A DNA stretch of 64,000 nucleotides, taken from Polyangia bacterium (GTDB taxonomy: Bacteria > Myxococcota_A > Polyangia > JAAYKL01). Both the position numbers and the translations under genes were made by a program. Shown piece by piece: positions 60,934-64,000 of this stretch. The notes under the pieces are model-generated. The model was not told the origin of the DNA. It saw nothing but the letters and a program-made list of their open reading frames with translations, and ran no database searches. How positions within the stretch are numbered: the first letter of the stretch is position 1; each line of letters starts with the position of its first letter. The DNA is taken from NCBI GenBank assembly GCA_050287845.1, contig JBNKCR010000055.1, positions 128,001-192,000 of the forward strand, in the 5' to 3' direction.

Positions 60934-62127
60934 TTATTTTTTTGACTGTGCGTTGCCCATGGCAACGAGCGTTGGTAACGTTTTTCCTTCGAGCATCCGG
61001 ATAGTGGCGTCTCCGCCGTCGGATATATGGTCGAATCCTTTTTCGAGTCCGATGCTGCGAATCGCGCGTGCCGTTTCTTTGCCAATGGAAATGCCATATG
61101 CGCTGGCGCCGGCAATGACCCGGGCAATGGACTGAGTACCGGCGTTGGCGTTCTGTTCCATGCCCAGATGCCCTTTCCAGATGATGGTTCCCGCTTTGCG
61201 GATCACCTGCTTCCAGCTTTCAATCGTCCGGCTGCCAATATCGTAGACGGTCAGATCTGACGGTACCTTTCCCGTACCGAATTCCTGCAGTGCTTCGGGA
61301 TCGTCGCCGGCGCACACGTCGGTGGGCAGAACCAGGTGAATGTTTTTCCGGGCAGTGCGTTCCAGCAGATCTCTGGCCAGGGGGAATCGCTTTTCTTCCA
61401 CAATGGACTTGCCGGTGCTGCCGCCGGTGGCCGCGGCAAAAGTGTTGGCCATCTGTCCGCCGAGCACAAGTGTGTCGATGCGGGGCAACATACTTTCGAT
61501 ATATTCGAGATTGTCAGCAATACGATCTCCGCCCACAATGGCCACAACCGGATGGGCGGGTTTATCGAGAAATTTGCGAAGCGCGCGCAGTTCCCGCGCA
61601 TATTGAATGCCCATCACCTTTATTCGGGCGTGCTTCAGGATACCATTGGTGGATGCCAGTACATATTCACTCAGGGAGAACGCATCATTCACATAAATAT
61701 CGCAATATGAAGCCAACTGTCTGGACAGCTTTTCATCGTTTCTGAATTCACCCGCATGAAACGCGAGATTCTCCAGCACGCAGATCTGTCCCTCCCGCAA
61801 TCCGGCAATCACACTTCCGGCAGCATCTCCAACGCACGAATCGGTCAGGAACACTTCGCCGATATGGGGCTGCGACGCCAGATTCGCAGCAATGGGTTCC
61901 AGGGACATTGTGGAAACCACTTTGCCATCGGGGTTGCCAAGATGGCTGGCCAGCACTACCCGTGCGCCGTTTTCCAGCAGATAATTAATTGTGGGCATGG
62001 CGACCTGGATCAGGCTGTCATCGACGATTTTCTGATTTTCCAGCGGAACGTCCAGATTTACGCGCACAAGTACTCGCCTGGCTTCGACTTCCAGATCTTT
62101 CAGTGACAGTATTTGATTTTGACTCAT
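60934..62127 (-). CDS. pgk: Phosphoglycerate kinase homologue with degenerate active site
   Basis: PGK scaffold over the full length (SHLG, LENL, YVNDAF, DIG, LEGKTLP), but substrate and ATP motifs are substituted. Confidence 0.8.
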   Translation of the reverse strand: MSQNQILSLKDLEVEARRVLVRVNLDVPLENQKIVDDSLIQVAMPTINYLLENGARVVLASHLGNPDGKVVSTMSLEPIAANLASQPHIGEVFLTDSCVGDAAGSVIAGLREGQICVLENLAFHAGEFRNDEKLSRQLASYCDIYVNDAFSLSEYVLASTNGILKHARIKVMGIQYARELRALRKFLDKPAHPVVAIVGGDRIADNLEYIESMLPRIDTLVLGGQMANTFAAATGGSTGKSIVEEKRFPLARDLLERTARKNIHLVLPTDVCAGDDPEALQEFGTGKVPSDLTVYDIGSRTIESWKQVIRKAGTIIWKGHLGMEQNANAGTQSIARVIAGASAYGISIGKETARAIRSIGLEKGFDHISDGGDATIRMLEGKTLPTLVAMGNAQSKK

Positions 62128-62316
62128 GTATGTTCCGGATGCGGCTTCGCCGTCTTAAAAACTTGAATAATAAATGTAAAACCCTTTTTTTCGCGGGAAC
62201 CATATGTTGGGAATGCAACATCCGTCAAGTAAAGAAAACATAATTACTTGATCACGGGATAGTCTTCGGAATAAGTAACGGATTTGTACAAGTTTAAAAC
62301 CACAGAGAGGTGATAC

Positions 62317-62964
62317 GTGAAGCAGAAAATTTTAATGTTCGCTGGTATTGCGGCATTGTTTGGATTATCGGCAGTCGGTTCATATTATTTTTTCTGGTCA
62401 GCGCCGGATTGGCGAAAGCAGACCGATACGGCGTCCATGGGCGTCGATCAGTACGGGCATCCCTGGATAGGAGCAGAAAAGCCCGAACTGACCATTCACG
62501 AATTTCTGGACTATGACTGCCCCCATTGTCCTGTCGCCCATCAGTATCTGCGGAAGGCGGTCGCCAGAGACCTGGATACCATCCGGATTGTCAGACATGA
62601 TTATGCGCGAATGGCGTGTATGTTTGAGTATGGTGATAAAGTAACCTACCGATGTCCGATGGTTCGGGCGGCCTACTGCGCATCCAAACATGTTCCCTAC
62701 TGGAAATGGAACGATGAAGTTGTGGCCAGTCCGAGGCATGAGACCGGAAAGGAACCCTCTGTTTATTTTAAGAAAATCCTCGAACGCCTGCAGATTCCCG
62801 AGAAAGAATTCACGGCCTGCCTGGATTCTGATGAATCTGGAAAATACGCTCAGAAACTGTACGAAGAAGCCCACGATGCAAAGATTAACTCAACCCCCAC
62901 CTATGTGGTGGATGGCAGGCGCATGAATCTCAAAGAGCTGCTGACCCTTCTGGACAACCGCTGA
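62317..62964 (+). CDS. DsbA/thioredoxin-fold membrane-anchored protein
   Basis: N-terminal TM, EFLDYDCPHC, cis-Pro loop STPTY. Confidence 0.88.
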   Translation: MKQKILMFAGIAALFGLSAVGSYYFFWSAPDWRKQTDTASMGVDQYGHPWIGAEKPELTIHEFLDYDCPHCPVAHQYLRKAVARDLDTIRIVRHDYARMACMFEYGDKVTYRCPMVRAAYCASKHVPYWKWNDEVVASPRHETGKEPSVYFKKILERLQIPEKEFTACLDSDESGKYAQKLYEEAHDAKINSTPTYVVDGRRMNLKELLTLLDNR

Positions 62965-63050
62965 AGCGATAATTCCCCCGCGGATAAATGATGTGATTAT
63001 TGGATTGAACCTTTTGGTTTCCACACTTCTGTATTGATTAACATCCGTAA

Positions 63051-64000
63051 TCAATATAATGAAATCATATCGGAAATCAGTGCATTCAGGAGCTGAATGT
63101 CCAGTGGTTTTTCGAGCACCGGGGCGTTGCTTTCGTTGAGGAATTTGGAGATTTCCACATTGGAAGCGCCACCGGTCATAAAGATGATGCGCTGGGCCAG
63201 TGGAGAGGACATTCGCTTGAGGGTTTCCGCCAGTTCAAGCCCCGACATTCCCGGCATGAACACGTCGAGCAACAGAATATCAATATTCCGATTGGCACGC
63301 ATAATATCCAGGGCTTCCTCTGCCGTTCCGGCCGCCAGAATGTCGTGTTCCTTTTCGAGGATACGCCGTGTGGAGCGGATAATTGCCGGTTCATCATCGA
63401 CGATGAGGATGGTGCCTCGCCGGTCGGGGCGGGCGCCGGCCATTTGGGATGAGCTCGGCACTCGCGTGGGAACCGGCTTGGCGACCGGAAGGGACAATGT
63501 GAGGGTGAGGTTATCTTCTTTCACCTCATAGGCAAGACCCGCTCCCGCACGGTTCACCAGCTTTGCCAGTACACCGTCTTTTTCGAGCTGGCTGAGCAGC
63601 ACGGTGGGGACATTGAATGGTCCCGCCGAAACGGCGATGGTTAGATCCACCTTTCGCTTTTCCGGAAGCAGGTTGATATTCACCAGCAATACTCTGCCCG
63701 ATGCCAGCGCGGACTCCACGAGCTCAACAAATATGAGGAACAGCGAGCGAATCAGGAAATGGCTGCGACATTTCACCAGCAGAATCTGTTCACTCACGGG
63801 CCGGATATTCACATTGATGCCCCGCTTTGCATAAAAGCGAACCGCAGCCACCACCATTTCAACAATGCGGAGCAGGTCAACGGTTTCGGTTTCCCGGGTT
63901 TCCTCCGGCGCAAAGGAGCGCAGGGCGTCGGTCAAATCTCGAATAACTTCCACCGCACGGATGGAGTCCTTGATAATCAGGTCCTTATCTGCGGGTTGGG
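63051..64000 (-). CDS. Partial protein: degenerate kinase-like region plus C-terminal receiver domain
   Basis: ILIVDDEP, LLDVFMP, FMTG, EKP; the frame is open to the window end. Confidence 0.8.
   Translation of the reverse strand, partial: QPADKDLIIKDSIRAVEVIRDLTDALRSFAPEETRETETVDLLRIVEMVVAAVRFYAKRGINVNIRPVSEQILLVKCRSHFLIRSLFLIFVELVESALASGRVLLVNINLLPEKRKVDLTIAVSAGPFNVPTVLLSQLEKDGVLAKLVNRAGAGLAYEVKEDNLTLTLSLPVAKPVPTRVPSSSQMAGARPDRRGTILIVDDEPAIIRSTRRILEKEHDILAAGTAEEALDIMRANRNIDILLLDVFMPGMSGLELAETLKRMSSPLAQRIIFMTGGASNVEISKFLNESNAPVLEKPLDIQLLNALISDMISLY

Overview
64 kb of bacterial chromosome with a strong Myxococcota/deltaproteobacterial signature: a CglF/GltF-like peptide, ECF-FecR pairs, Cys-rich lipoproteins, a Ser/Thr kinase-sigma54 activator fusion and several sigma54 promoters. 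It also carries three tandem short flagellins. I found no rRNA, tRNA, CRISPR array or mobile element. Housekeeping blocks are gldA/gldFG/DUF4340, yicC-gmk, hflKC, leuCD, metY-metA, ablAB and pgk-like/tpiA/secG. Best leads: (1) a compact five-gene cassette (28462-32486) joining a splicease-like radical SAM/SPASM enzyme to a Cys-bearing helical protein, an M91-like HEXXH protease with an internal CFI-box domain, and a coupled putative partner/immunity gene; (2) a full-length PGK homologue that has lost essentially all substrate-binding residues; (3) a conserved GGA-hairpin leader upstream of all three flagellins; (4) ablAB osmolyte genes with an EctR1-like operator and an adjacent MarR regulator; (5) an ECF-sigma cassette with matching promoters driving a CglF-like/DUF4349 operon. 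All calls come from motif recognition by eye, with no database searches. Several start codons were re-picked from ribosome-binding sites.
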